A stretch of 64,000 bases of DNA, taken from the NCBI RefSeq assembly GCF_009914755.1, contig NC_060940.1. One strand, 5' to 3'. The stretch comes from the human T2T-CHM13v2.0 reference genome, Homo sapiens. Under the pieces are notes generated by a model. The model was not told the DNA's origin. It ran no database searches and worked only from the letters and a program-made list of their open reading frames with translations. Below are positions 50,436 through 64,000 of the stretch, piece by piece; within the stretch, counting starts at the first letter, position 1, and each line of letters opens with the position of its first letter. The position numbers were made by a program, and so were the translations under genes.

Positions 50436-53400
50436 ATTCATAAGACAAAGCCTTTCTTAACTCAAAGCCCAATCCGTGATAAGAAAGGGAAGATAAATGA
50501 CACATCAGCCTTACAAGAGTGAGATGAAGATGGTCGAAGTCCTAATCCTGCTTGAGGAAATGCATGCCCTGCTCCATTTACAAACATTTGTGGACAGACA
50601 TCCTTTCACTGAAGAATAAGCCCGTATAGAACAGGCTCCTCACTGTAAGCCTATATTTGATTAGCATAGAGACCACCTGGATCATTTTTGGAACCATCAC
50701 TCTCCATCACACTGAGCAGGTGCCTTGGTCTTTTCCTGGACCCATCAGGCACCAGCACAGCTCATTGGTGACTCTGAGAAAGTGACGCTTATGTCCCACA
50801 TGAGTGTCCAGGAGGGACCTCTGAGATCTACTGGGTGCTCCTGAGACACTGTCTCCAGCACCTGACTCATGTCCTGATCCCCCAGGATCTTCAATTCTAT
50901 TGAACACTGTTGGTTTACAGATTTGCCCTGTGATGCATAATTAGAGCTGATTTTCTCATCTCACAGAAAATGGGAATCAGAAGAAGATAAAGCAGGAGTT
51001 TGGAGTCCATTATGAACTCTCTACTCCCAAAGTAATTGTCAAGGAATTTGTGTTTAGAACAATTTTGGGTTATTTTTGAACTCCACTTATTAGTATTTTG
51101 TCAAGTATTTACATACTTTCAGTTCATATCCACAGACCCTCACCTTTCCATATTGATTTCTGACTCACTTGGTCTGTGCACCTGCCACACTCTCAGATCC
51201 ACTACTGCCCTGTCACTCATACAATGTAAGCAACATTACTTAACACTGAAATCTGAATTTCTTATTCATAGGAATGAAGTTTCTTCAACTAATCTGTACC
51301 CATAGAATTAGTAAAAACATGCCCATCCTTCATATTCTCACTACTAAGATATTATAGTTCTAGAAACCCACTTCAAAAAATAGTTCTCAGTGCCTTAAGT
51401 TATATGAATGGTTTTGATGTGATAGAATATTTAAAGCACGTCAGCGACTTTTTGAACAGTTATTTTAGATTGTTTTTTCCTGACAAAGGAAAACCCAGGC
51501 CCTGAGAGGAAACTTCCACCCCAGCTGTGCACCTGCTCCAGGGCTGGAACCTGTGCTTGGTGGCTCCCAAGTGCCCCCTTTCACCCAGGCTCTTGCCTTG
51601 CAATGAGGTTTCTGTCGGGGCTCACAGATATTTTCCTTCAGAGTCTCTAGCCCAGCATGAAGTGGCTGTGTCCTGGTTTAGAATTCTCTGCCAGTGACAC
51701 CATATGCTGCCGACACCATGTCTTTTAACAATTGATTAACCTCACTAAACCTACTGAGGGATACCCACAGAAAAGATTCTATGACTCAGAAGGGAGTCCC
51801 TTTTCTGAAGCTTCACATTTCCTGAATCAGTGGACACATAATGAATACAAAAACTTGTAGGATTTGGGGAATGCCTAGTTTCTTCGTTGGGCTCCTGCAG
51901 TTGAATGTTGCATCTGAGAATATCTGCAGGTACAGATACATTCAGAATAAAGACACCTTTGTATATGCTATTCCAATAACACATATTCTCCTTTCTTACT
52001 ATTTTCTAGCCTATAAAAGCACCTCCTACACAGACACTAGGCCTAGGTTTATGGCTTTTTTCTCTTAGCGATCTAAGGCAAACAGAATACAAGTGGAGAC
52101 TTGGGAAGTGCATGAATATTTTTTCTCAGCTAGGAACCCTGAAAATGCCCCATGATAAAAGAATCTGAGGTCAATGGATTTGCCAAGACCTTGTCTTCAA
52201 AAAATTTATGTCAGAGGCTTCAGATTTTCCTACTGTCCTTGTCTTTTTCTCTGCCATTGTCTTTCAGTTTCCCTATGTTCTCCTCCTCAGATAGAGTCTG
52301 TGCACTGCCACACTTTCATCTTTAACCCAGATTATACTGGTGAGAAAACAAAGTGTGCATCCTGGAAGTATTATATGTTCTTACAATTGATTCTTAATAA
52401 TTCAATCATCCTTTTTTTCTCTGGACTGTGACCTATATGCAGAGTCTCCAGAAATGAAACTGATGCTTTCCCTTTTCTGGCTATAATATTATAGGATTAT
52501 TTCAGTATCGGCTAATTTTATCCACTTTCATGATAAAGGAAGGCTGCTGGGAGGGTCTGTAATGGAGATGGACTACCTTACCCAATACAGATAAGTTTCT
52601 AGATATGTCTTTCCCCTGGATGGTCTATCTGGAGAAATGTACGTGTGTATTTCTCAGAGATTAGGTCTTTGGATGATTTATCCAGGAAAGGATCTATGTC
52701 GATTTTCACTCGAAGAACCTGGAGGTTCCTGGAGCAAATAAGCACAAGAGTGTGAGGTGTGGGGCCTCTAAGATCTCTCACCCTCACACTAGTTCAGACA
52801 TGCCCTTTATGTTTACATAGTTCAGATTTACATATAACATACCACACAGCCAGGCTCATCTAAATTGCCACATGCTCATTTAAACTCATTGGAGCAGCAG
52901 CTGAGTGTAATCATCACATTGAACTCAGAGAAACCTGGGTCCAATACACTGTTTATTGTAGCTCAGAGAAGCATCACTGAGTCCCTTGAGTGGACGTTTC
53001 TTCCCTGAAAGAGCTTCACTACCAAGTATACTAAAGAGTTGCTATGGAGCCACTGTGGGGTTGGATTTCTTTCTGTCAGCCTGTCATGCAGGGTGTTTTG
53101 AGTGATGCAGACCTTTATACTTAGATGCTAATCATTCCCAGTATTGTTGAAATGGCTGGCCACCCCCAGTCCTGTTTCTCCCCTCCACTCACCTGAATGT
53201 CTCCAAAAACCCCATGAACCTAAGGATTCTCTTTTCCATGGATGACTCTGAGGATTCTCAATCTGGTCAGTGCCACAGTCAGAGGCAGCTAATGCAGGAT
53301 TCTCAGTCCGCTAATAAGTTGAGCCCATAATATAGGATACATATCCAAGAGTGGCCAATTCATGTCAGTGCCAATCCACATTTAATTCAAGGGGCATGAT

Positions 53401-54479
53401 TTTCAGTGCATTGAAGTTTAAAAGCTTCATAATTCTTAATAGAGGCACAAACTGAATGGTTTGCTGAAGAAGTGAGTTCATGGTTAGAAGAAAGCTGACT
53501 GCACCCAGGCAGAGTCTCTTTAAGTAAAACACCTGAAATGTGATGTCCTGAAACCTTGTGAAAATTCATTTCCTTGAGTAAAAAAACAGGAAAGCTATTC
53601 TCAAATCATTGGGAGAAAACTTATCAGAAATTTTATGAACACACCAGTCGAATTCCAGTAAGTCAATCCTTGGGTTTATGTTTCACAACTCAAGAAGCAA
53701 TAAAGAAATCTACATAATTGGAAGGCTGCTCCAACAGAGAGAATTTTGAACTATTTAATTAATAGACCAGTATTCATTCAAAGACACTCTCCTATGGAAT
53801 CTGCAACTTAAACAGATCTCTGCAACCTGGAAAAATTTTCTCACTTATTTTTCTCTAGACATCCATAAATGCAAAAACACATTTTGTGTGTATATGCATG
53901 AGTGATCTATAGAAATACTTTGCATATTAATGAAAGTTTGGAAAAATGATAACTTCATCACTTATTGTGAACTCACACTTCACTGGTTTCCAAAATTCTC
54001 CACCTGTGTCATGGGGCAATGGGTGCCTCTGAGAATATGCTGATTTTCAGACTGAACATGTTCTCCACTCCTCACTTGAATTCATGGTTTCTCACTCACA
54101 CTGATGTCTCTGTGAATGAAAACCCAACACTGATATCCAGCAGATTTTCCTCTTACAAGATTCATATTCTCTCTATCTCTTTCTTTCTCTGCATGTCTCT
54201 AACTCCCTATTTTTCTGTGCCATTACTATTTATTACTGAATCATCCTGAATCCTGTCAACAGACTCCATCTCACATTCTGCAAATATTCTGCCTTAAAGA
54301 TAATTAGGGGCAAACTCATCCTTGCCCAAGGTGGGAAAACTTTCTGGACTTCCACTAGGTTTATTAGAGCCTCATATGAGAACCATGATCAAACACTATG
54401 TGTTTTTGGATTATACCTCAAATCTAAAACTGTTCTTCGTAGTGGCTATGACATTCTACATTCCCATCATTACCATTAT

Positions 54480-54760
54480 GCAAAACAGTGTGGTGGCTTC
54501 TAAATAAATTAAAACAGACATACCATATGACCAGCGATCCAGCTTATGGAAATATACCCAAATGGGATGAAATTACCACCTTGTGAAGATACCTGCTCTC
54601 CTGTGATTATTGTAGCATTATTCACAACAGCCAAGATATGGAAACTAAGTGTCTGTCGATGGACAAATGGATAAAGACAATGTGGTATGTGTACACAATA
54701 TAACATGATTCTGCCTTATAAAATAAAGAGATGCTGCCATTTTCCACAAGATGAATGGAT
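54480..54760 (+). mobile_element. L1M ORF2-end fragment abutting the truncated V pseudogene
   Basis: gtagcattattcacaacagccaagatatggaaac...atggataaagacaatgtgg. Confidence 0.8.
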
Positions 54761-54764
54761 TCCC

Positions 54765-55070
54765 ACCACCTCTAGCAATGCATTTTACCCATTTCAGCCC
54801 CTCCCTGGGAGCCGGCAGATCCAGGCCCAGTAGTAAGGACTGGTTGTGATGGAGTGGCCAGAAACAGTGCAGGTGATGCAGAGGGGCAGTGCAGGCTCTT
54901 CAGGTCCAGGGCTGACTCCTGCAGCTGCTCCTGGGACAGGGCATGTGAGTACATGGGGAATCAGTCCCTGTCAGTCACATGTACCTACACTCACCCCATA
55001 GACCCACATCTGAGACACTCACCCTGGGGGAGCCGTCACCAGTCACAGGAGAAGACAGACATAATGCCAT
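54765..55070 (-). pseudogene. Clan II IGHV pseudogene (IGHVII-46-1-like), truncated in CDR2
   Basis: ALSQEQLQESA.. frameshift ..LCITCTVSGHSITTSPYYWAWICRLPGRG; leader remnant 55070-55023 with gtgagtgtctcag donor; acceptor AG lost; decayed octamer ATCCAAAC at 55189-55182. Confidence 0.82.
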
Positions 55071-57135
55071 CTTCTTCGTGAACACAACTCTGCATTCCCC
55101 AGACACCTTAGCCCTGCCTGAGGGGAGAGCTGTTAGCTTCCACAGTCCAAAAGCATTTTATACCCTGGAGCCTAAAGGATAGTTTGGATGTGGCAAGGCC
55201 TTGTACTTATACAAGAGAAGGACATAGGTCTGACTCCCTGTGGGTTTGAATATGTTTTATTGTTGTCTGTCTGTTTTCAGGTTGACATGAAGCACTTCCT
55301 TGCCAAAAACTACAGTCATGACATTTAATAAAATTTGCTTTATTCCTATTTTCCCACCTGTGACATTTGACCTTCTGTATCGAGTGAGCAATGTGCATAC
55401 CTTACAGGAGAAATTACAAAATAATTCTCTAAGTCATCAGTATCACACGAATGCTACCCTGTCCTTACTGCCAAATATCTTCTGGAAAAATTTAAGTAAA
55501 AATAAATGACAAGTTGCATTCTTAAATTGAAAGTAGCATAACATTCAGAAACTCATGAAATCCCTTTGCCAAAGGTACTCCCACTAGAACTTAACAGCCC
55601 ATGGTCTGCTTCCTCAAGGGCAAAGACAATATCACCCTATGACTTGATTCATCAAAAGCCCATGTATTTTCCATTTTACCTTCAGCATTATACTCTGATT
55701 TATCACATGCCAATACAGCGAAGTATTTTAGGGGATCGATGTGCTATGCAGAAATATTCAACAGGATGTTAAAAATGTCCTAAATAGCTTCTTTACTGCC
55801 ATCAACTTGTAAATTATTTATTTTCCAAGAGACATCGGAGAAAAACAGTCACAAACATTGTAAAAGGGGCTAATTACAATTAACAACAAATGCAGCAGTG
55901 ACTCCAGGATGTCAATCCATAGGTTTATTAGTGAAAATGAGGTGGGTTACATAAATTGTTTTGAGAGTATTTTCCTTGCTTGTAGAGTCAATACCAAGGT
56001 TGGCATCAATATAGGGTTAAACAGTGATTTGCTGGGAAGATGTCCTTGTAGATGTGATTTTTATAAGGTCATGGTGGCTTCTATCAAAGGTTGTGGTTAA
56101 GCAGAATCCATTCATGGTCGTTCTTGTTATCAGGAGTATGTGCATGGGAAACCTCCTTCATGGTCATTCCTAGTTCCATTTGTCAGGGTTTTAACACAAG
56201 TGGATCTATTTTGATTCTGACAACTTTCACAGCCTCTTTCTAACACTACTGGTGAGGAAGGTGACTCACTCTGTGGTACTTTGCACAGCACAGGATAAAT
56301 TTCACATCCACATCCCATTTTGACCACACAAGCTCATCCTCTTCACTACTGTTGGCCACTTGCATTCCCAGGTGAGTCTCCACATGACACACTGGAGGGT
56401 GCTGAGCAATGGGAGAGAGGAAAGTCCTATCAGCCTCTCCCACATGGCTGCAGGAGCCACAGCCTGAGCCCCACCTCAGCTGCAGGGAATGGGCTTGAGA
56501 CCTCGAGCTTTGGCAGCAAGAACCACATCCCCACTTTACAGGAAGCACGAACAGCACAAGGAAGAGCAAGAACAACAACAACAAATAAAAAGAAATAGAG
56601 TGGGCTAAGAGCAAAAGGGGCCCCAGATCAGTGCTGATACTAAGTTGCATACTTTAGTGTCAGGAGAAGGGTCAGGAATGAAAACTGTGAGGTTCTACAC
56701 GACACTGACCCTGGCCCAGACTCTATTGGCTGTGATCACAATTCCTAAAGACCGTCCTAGTCAGGGAATCTCACTGAGGTTTCTGTCCTGAGTCTGACTG
56801 GAGAAGACTCACCAGGTATCCCTGAGTTTCCTCAATACTCTGATCCTGGTGACAATGGTTGAGGGCTTTTCATCTCTGTAAGCATCAATCTGTGTTTTGT
56901 GCATAGGAGAATAGGTTTTCATATTAAAATAATCATTTTAAAAATATGTAGAGATGACATTGGTAAGCACAGAATTCTGAACTTAGAGAGATTCCCTAGA
57001 GAAACTCTAAAAAGATGAAGTCCCACATCCTGACAGGAAACCAGCCTCCATCTGCAACTTGCCTCTGGGGATGACTCTGATCAGTGGGTCCTGTGTGCCC
57101 CCCGCAGCTGATTTCCCCCAAGCATTCTGCAGAGA

Positions 57136-57174
57136 GGTTTGTGTCTGGGCTCACACTGACTTCCCCTCACTGTG
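57136..57174 (-). other. 23-bp-spacer recombination signal sequence (canonical IGHV3 type)
   Basis: CACAGTG (57174-57168), 23 bp, ACACAAACC (57144-57136). Confidence 0.96.
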
Positions 57175-57632
57175 TCTCTTGCACAGTAATACACAGCCAT
57201 GTCCTCGGCTCTCAGGCTGTTCATTTGAAGATACAAGGAGTTCTTGGCATTGTCTCTGGAGATGGTGAATCGGCCCTTCACGGAGTCTGCATAGTATGTG
57301 CCACCACCAGTACCAATAGCTGATACCCACTCCAGACCTTTTCCTGGAGCCTGGCGAACCCAGTGCATAGCATAGCTACTGAAGGTGAATCCAGAGCCTG
57401 CACAGGAGAGTCTCAGGGACCCCCCAGGATGTACCAAGCCTCCCCCAGACTGCACCAGCTGAACCTCACACTGGACACCTGCAAACAGAGAGACACAAAG
57501 GTCAGAAATTGCCACACATCACATACCCACTGTTTCTCTCATTCATGCCCATTCACACTCAATATCTCTAGTTCTCCATGAATCACCTTTTAATATAGCA
57601 ACAAGGAAAACCCAGCTCAGCACAAACTCCAT
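57175..57632 (-). CDS. IGHV3OR16-10: IGHV3-family orphon V segment with open frame (leader exon 57632-57587, intron, V exon 57478-57175)
   Basis: Leader [16 protein letters not shown]; GT/AG intact; [35 protein letters not shown]...[16 protein letters not shown]...MAVYYCAR; symbol from recalled sequence. Confidence 0.88.
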
Positions 57633-57733
57633 GGTGATTCCTGTGTGTTCAGTCCTGATCACTGAATGGAAACACCTGGGAATCCCAAGGCTGGGGCTCC
57701 ACTCCCAGAGCTGCAGGGTCAGGGCTGGGCTGG

Positions 57734-57766
57734 TTTTCATCAGGAGAGGGAGGGCTCTATTTGCAT
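57734..57766 (-). promoter_or_regulatory. IGHV3 promoter: octamer and ATGAAAA
   Basis: ATGCAAAT at 57766-57759; ATGAAAA at 57740-57734. Confidence 0.9.
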
Positions 57767-58928
57767 GTCACCTACTATATAGCAAGCTATGGGGTGGGAA
57801 TCCTGAGGAGAGGGCAGGGCCCAGAGTAGATGAGAGCGTCCTGGGGGATTTTGATGACAAGGATTGTGTTTGGGAAAATGCTGTCTTAATGTGAAATTGT
57901 TGTGCGATAAACATTTAACAACTATCATATTTTTAATTATTTTTACCTATGTGTATAAATGATGTTATTTAGCACTCAGTGGTTTCTTCGTTTACAGATG
58001 TAAAAGTGAACCCACACATGGAGGGGCTATGTATGTGTCTAAGGGCTTATATCTGGCATGAGTGAGTCCTAGTACCTGGGCCTATGCTCCTCACAGCTGG
58101 CCTCAATTGCTCTCTTAACCAACTATTGGACAGAGCTAAATGGGCCTAGTGTGGTTTGCAGAATCCACTTCCTGCCACGAGAACCTGTGTGATTTTGCTG
58201 CATTTACCTAAAAATACGGAAACATCTAGGCATCAGGCAGATAAATTTTTGGTGTATCTGATATTTAATGTATTCATTTGTTCCTTCTTATCATCCCTTT
58301 TTTGTCTAAAATTTCACTTGTTTACTTGTAATACATTTTATGAGTTTTAATTGACAGATGATAAAATTCACATATTTAACCTGCACAATAGTAAACTTTG
58401 ATAAAGAAAATCTCTATTTTCAAGAAGGTGACAAGTCAACTCACCTCAGAATTCCTCTTGCTCTTTTACAGACATATTTTTGTTTTTCTCCTCTTTTCTT
58501 CTACCATTTCTTTATAAAAGTACTGATGTTTTCATATTTCTTTAGACTAGTTTTTATTCTCTAGAATTTATAAGAATGAAACAATATAGTATGTACTCTT
58601 ATCTATTTGGCTTATTTTTCTCAGTAGAAATACCGAGAATTAAACCTTTTATGTTGTATTGTTTATTTTTTAATAAATAATAGGTAGCATTTCAGCAAAC
58701 AAATGTAGCATAATTTGTTTTTCTAAGTTGCTAATTGGTATTCAAACTTTTCATTACTTTGGGTCTTACTAATAAATCTGCTACTCAATTTGGTAATGTA
58801 CATAGATGATAAATTATATATAAAATATATTATTTTTGCAACAATAACACATAAACAAGAGAATGTGCTATTTGGCAAATTTTCTTTAGCATGTCAAATA
58901 ATTGAAGTTATGAAACAAAAAACAAACT

Positions 58929-59528
58929 TGTAAACCAAAGAGTATCTGAGACTAATCTCAATAGATTTAGGAAGTTCATTTTCGAAGATTAAGGACATGC
59001 CTGTGACACCGCCTCAGGGAGTCCTGATGATTTGTGCCCAAGCTTGTGGGCACAGCTTGGTTTTATACAATTTAGGGAGGCATGAGACATTAATCAATAT
59101 ATGTATATAAGATGTACATTGATTTAGTTCAGAAAGGCAGGACAACTTGAAGTGGGGAGAGGGCTTCTAGATCATAGGTAGGTTTGAGAGAAATGGTTGC
59201 ATTATTTGAGTTTCTGATTAGCCTTTAACTGAATGCACAATTTACAGGAATAGTCACGTAGGCCTTAATCTGGCTTAGTGAAATAATAGAGCAAAGGGAG
59301 CAATCAGATATGCATTTGACTTACATGAGCAGAGAAATGACTCTGTCTGTCTTTGGCCCACAAGGATTTTACTTGTGGTCAAATTTTGAAGGAGGTCTGT
59401 AGCTTTTAAAAACCGTAGTAGCTATCATTTTAGTGAAATAATGGAGGTGGATTTGCCCCAAACAGTTTTCAGCTTGACTTCCCTTGGGCTTAGTGATTTG
59501 GTGGTCCCAAAGGTTTATTTTCCTTTCA
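58929..59528 (-). mobile_element. MER4-group ERV1 solo LTR
   Basis: Termini tgtaaaccaaagagtatctgagac ... tttattttcctttca. Confidence 0.8.
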
Positions 59529-59646
59529 GGAACGTGGAAATCTTAAAAGAAATGAGTTCTTGTAGAGAGAAATGAAGCCATAGTGTTAGCTAAACTGAGG
59601 CCGAGGCTGCCACATGAAATATAGCCTATTACAAGACAAAGCTACA

Positions 59647-59961
<315 letters not shown>

Positions 59962-60057
59962 ACAAGACAAAGCTACAAACGTGTTGGATTGCTTAAATTC
60001 CAGTGTGGTAAACGTGTTGTCATGTAAAATTCTCAGGAACCACATACTGAAGGGCAC

Positions 60058-60480
60058 TGATAAAGTGAATTAAATATGGCCTGAGAAGGACTCCGTACTT
60101 CTGTGTTTGAGTCCTTCTGGACAAACTGTAACCTACCTGAATAGGTGGACAAGATTGAAAAGCCAACTTCAGAGCGTGAGCCTGTAACAATAGCGGATTC
60201 TTGGCCAATTCCAGCAGCCATACCTCAACCACTCATACACTCTTGAGTGTGCACATTTTGTTTAAATAAGACAAAAGCAACCTGTAACCAATCCAGCTGT
60301 TTCTGTACCTCACTTCTGATTTCTGTACATCATTTTTCTAATCTATAAACCTTCTTCCACCACGTGACTGCACTGAAGTCTCTTTGAATCTGCTGCGATT
60401 CTGGGGGCTGCCCAATTCATGAATCATCCATTGCTCAATTAATCTCATTAACCTTAATTTGGCTGAAGGTTTTCTATTAT
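60058..60480 (+). mobile_element. ERV1 LTR (MER57/LTR54-like)
   Basis: taaatatggcctgagaaggactccgtacttc, CCAAT boxes, tataaa. Confidence 0.7.
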
Positions 60481-61234
60481 CCGCATTCCTATGCAATTGA
60501 ATCCCTTTGTTCTAGAATGAGGACACTCAGAAAAATCTTCCTTTCCCAAAGTGTCTGTCTGAGACAGAAGGAGAGCCCATACTACCGAAATGCGTTCAGA
60601 CCCACCTCCCTCATCAGCACTACAGAATAAAGGGATTACCTACCATACAGGGGCAAGCCACTGAAACCATGATTCCAGAGGCACTGGTGGAGCCCCAGAG
60701 GAAATGGGATAAAAACCAAGGTTCTCACCAAAGTTCCATCGAAATGTACCTCCTCTCTGTCATGGAATCAAATCCTTAATCTCCAGGGCATCGCAGAAGA
60801 TCTAGAAGACGATGATAATAGTGGAGACTATTGGAGGTGTGGGAGGGAACACCTGGGAAAAACAGGAGAAAATATATGTATTTAACTCAGTAGACTTCAA
60901 GCTACTTACATGTTAATTAACTGGAATATTTCATAGCTAAATACCTGATCTAGCATGAGAAATAATAGAGATGACACATGGAGAATGCAACAGTGGGAAG
61001 CTGAGGTTCAAGTTCTGATGTTTGTTTACTGATATTTGTCCGCTGGCATGTCCAGAACTTCATGAGTACAGAACTCCTCTAATAGTGAAACAAACACTCA
61101 CAGGACATGCATTTTTGTTTGAAATAAGTGTAATTCAGATGCTGGTAAAATTTTCTCCTCAGACTCTTTTGCACCAGCTCAGGGCTGACGTCTGTGTTGA
61201 GTGGGTTCTGGGCCTGCCCTGCAGCTCTGCCCTC

Positions 61235-61500
61235 ACCCTGCTGGGGAGGATGCTGTTTGGGCTCACAGAGCATATTCTCCCAATGTTGCTCTCCCAGAAT
61301 GAAAGGGCTGTTCCCTGGTTCACAATCCTCTTTCAGCAGCATCTGATGCTTTTGAAATTGTCTCTTGAAACAGTGATTTGTCATTACTATACCCAGTAAA
61401 CTGCAGGGAGAGCCCAAGCACAGATTCATGAAACCACCAGAGAGTCACTTCCCTGGGACTGTCAGATGCAATGACACAGTCAAGATCCATGGTGAGTCCA
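61235..61500 (-). pseudogene. Highly degenerate IGHV relic
   Basis: Minus strand: ggactcaccatgga (VH3 start context), atcactgtttcaagagacaatttcaaaagc (ITVSRDNFKS, FR3-like) and tgtgagcccaaacagcatcctccc (RSS spacer/nonamer-like). Confidence 0.5.
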
Positions 61501-61729
61501 GAAACTTTCAGATAATTCATAGGAGCCTCTTATTTCTCTTACAATTCTCTATTCAAAGGTCATGCCAAAAAGTATCTTCACAGAGAGAACTACATGGCTT
61601 AAAGCCCACAGAAATGAAAACATGCATGTACACACACATATACACCAACCACCCCCCCCACACACACACACGCAGAGTGGTATGGCTGATTTTTACAGTA
61701 ATTGGCTCCTAATTTGGGATCTTTCCTAG

Positions 61730-63468
61730 TGTAAACCAAAGGTTTCTGAGACAGATCTCAATCAAATTAAAATTAATTTTCCCAAAGTTAGGACAGCCTG
61801 GAAGAAAAATAAAAGTAACCACAGAAACTGTGTGTGGTTAGTGCCATTCCTTAAAGACGATTTTTAGGGCTTTCAATATACACAGAGGAAAAGCTGGGTA
61901 GAGGGGAAGTTTGGATGGTAAGAAAATTTACATGTGTAATGAAAAAGAAGCACATAGGGAAATATAAAATTACGTAGTTCTCCTGCAGTAAGTCAGCACT
62001 TTCCCATGCTGTTCTCATGATAGTGAATAAGTCCCATTAGATCTGATAGTTTTATCAAGGGGAGTTCCCCTGCACAAACTCTCTCTTGTCTGCCACCATG
62101 TAAGATGTCCCTTGCTTTCCTGACATGATTGTGCAGCATCCCCAGCCATGTGGAACTATAAGTCCATTAAACCTCATTCCTTTACAAATTACCCAGGCTT
62201 GGTTATGTTTTTATTAGTAGCAGGAGAACAGACTAATACATTTATTTTGCCAAAGTTAAGAACCCACCCATGGCAAGCCTCAGGAAGTCCTGAGACATAT
62301 GCCCAAGGTGATAGAAATACAGCTTGCTTTTATACATTTTAGAGAGACATGAGACATCAATCAATATATGTAAAATGCACATTTTTTTTTCCTTCAAGAC
62401 AGGACAAATTGAGAGAGGGTTTTGCAGTTTAGAAGTAGATAAGACACAGTAGATTGCATTGTTTTAAGTCCTTTATCAGCCTACCACTGAATCCACAATT
62501 TAGTCAGACTTAGTGAATCTTCATTTTTTCATAAGTGATACTGAAGAGGAAGCAATCAGATATGTATCTGTCTCATGTGGGCCTCAGAGGAATGACTTTG
62601 AATAGAAAGGGAGGCAGGTTTGCCCAAAGCCCTTTCCAGTAAAACACCCTTGTTTTCTGGAATATCACCGAAGGTTCTTTGTGTCGTGGCTATGAAAATC
62701 AAGGACACAGACACACAAAAGGTGAGGTTGGAGCAGAAATTTCATATGTAAAAGGAAAACAAAAAAGCTCTCTGTCACAGAAAGGGGTCCCAAATGGGTT
62801 GCTGTGCTGCAGTAAAATGTAAGGATTTTTATAAATGTGCTACTGGGGAGAGGGTATCTTATCAACATAGGATGCAAAAACAGGACCAGGTGTGCCATCT
62901 GCATAGAGCGAAGTCTCTGGCAGCCCCATCTCATGCTTTTATTATGCAGGTGGGGACTTAGCTTGGTCTGCTCCACGTTCCTTATCTCCTTCCACCATGC
63001 GTGTGCTGAAAAAGGAGGGAGGAGTTTCCATGCCAGGTCCCAGGTACCTCCTTGCAGCTGGGGGCATCCCAAACCCCGTGCAAGCTAACAGCTTTCCTAG
63101 CTCAGTGTGACCCCAGAAAAGGAAAGGAATGTGTTCATTAAGGCCCAGTGTTTTTATTGGGACCCATCCTATGTATGTGAACTTTGGTGATTACAAACAG
63201 AAATACCCTCTCTGCCAGAGTTGTTTATCTATATTTTACAGCCCGATCTTTCAGGCTGCTCTTTGTTAGAAGTGATCTCTTTGAACTGTGTCTGATTAGA
63301 AAAGAAGTTATTTTTGAGCTGATTCTTGTTAGAAGAAAAGTTTTTGCCAGAGACGCTTTCATCCTAACTATCTACCTAAATAATTTCTTTCTATCTCCTA
63401 TTACACCAGCTGGACTCTTCTCTTTAGCTTAGTGATTTTGGGGTCTCAAGATTTATTTTCTCTTCACA
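61730..63468. mobile_element. Nested LTR cluster (MER4-group pieces with a THE1 fragment at about 62000-62240 and further LTR sequence)
   Basis: tgtaaaccaaaggtttctgagacagatctcaatcaa; THE1 motif cccatgctgttctcatgatagtgaataagtc; end ttattttctcttcaca. Confidence 0.7.
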
Positions 63469-63511
63469 ATAGGCAGGTACAAAAGGAGACTTCATATGTA
63501 ATTAAGTTGCT

Positions 63512-63879
63512 TGTATTAGTCCATGTTCAGGTTGCTATAAGGACATACATGAGGCTGGGTAATTTATAAAGAAAAATAGGTTTAATTAACTCACAGTTCT
63601 TCATGGCTGGGGAGGCCACAAAAAACTTACAATCATGATGCAAGGGGTAGCAAACACATGCTATTTCACATGACTGCAGGAGAGAGAAGTGTTAAGTGAA
63701 GAGGGAAGCCCCTCATAAAATTATCAAATCTTGTGATAACTCACTCACTAACAGGAGAAAAGCAGGAAGAAAACAGCCCGTATGATTCAATTATTTCCAC
63801 CTCATTCCACCCTTGCAATGTGTGAATTATTACAATAAAAGGTGAGATTTGGGTAGGGACACAGAGCCAAACCATATCA
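63512..63879 (-). mobile_element. THE1-type MaLR solo LTR
   Basis: Termini tgtattagtcc ... gccaaaccatatca; flanks ttgct/ttgat. Confidence 0.88.
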
Positions 63880-64000
63880 TTGATTTTATTTTCTTTAGAA
63901 TTTACATTGTCTAGCTGTAAGAAAGCACAGCTTAACTTCTGCTGGTTTCAAGTTAGGAAAAATATTTAAAAAGGGAAATAATTGAAAACGTTATTTTGGA

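Overview
Human (primate) genomic DNA; human-specific AluYa5 and AluYb8 copies are present. It is best interpreted as a pericentromeric segmental-duplication mosaic, most likely the 16p11.2 immunoglobulin heavy-chain orphon region (assigned from recalled IGHV/OR16 sequences, not from a search). Four blocks: (1) about 1-23.2 kb, AT-rich and repeat-dense, with no recognisable gene; (2) a 1.4-kb CpG-rich (GCCGCCGCGGCTTTTTGCCCCC)n repeat at about 23.4-24.8 kb abutting a duplicated KSR1 exon 1 and the start of its intron; (3) about 29-41 kb, almost entirely nested L1/LTR/Alu; (4) about 42-64 kb, a minus-strand IGHV orphon block. Block 4 holds two structurally intact IGHV3 segments (IGHV3OR16-8-like and IGHV3OR16-10-like, each with octamer promoter, leader, intron, V exon and 23-RSS), three truncated V pseudogenes (IGHV1, clan II, clan III) and one very degenerate V relic. 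No RNA genes or CRISPR arrays were found, and I cannot support a genuinely new biological system. The most interesting items are the KSR1 exon 1/GC-repeat junction, the reciprocal RSS/CTCF quality of the two intact orphons, the shared truncation point of three V pseudogenes, and young retroelements that can date the duplication. Repeat boundaries are approximate unless target-site duplications (TSDs) are quoted.
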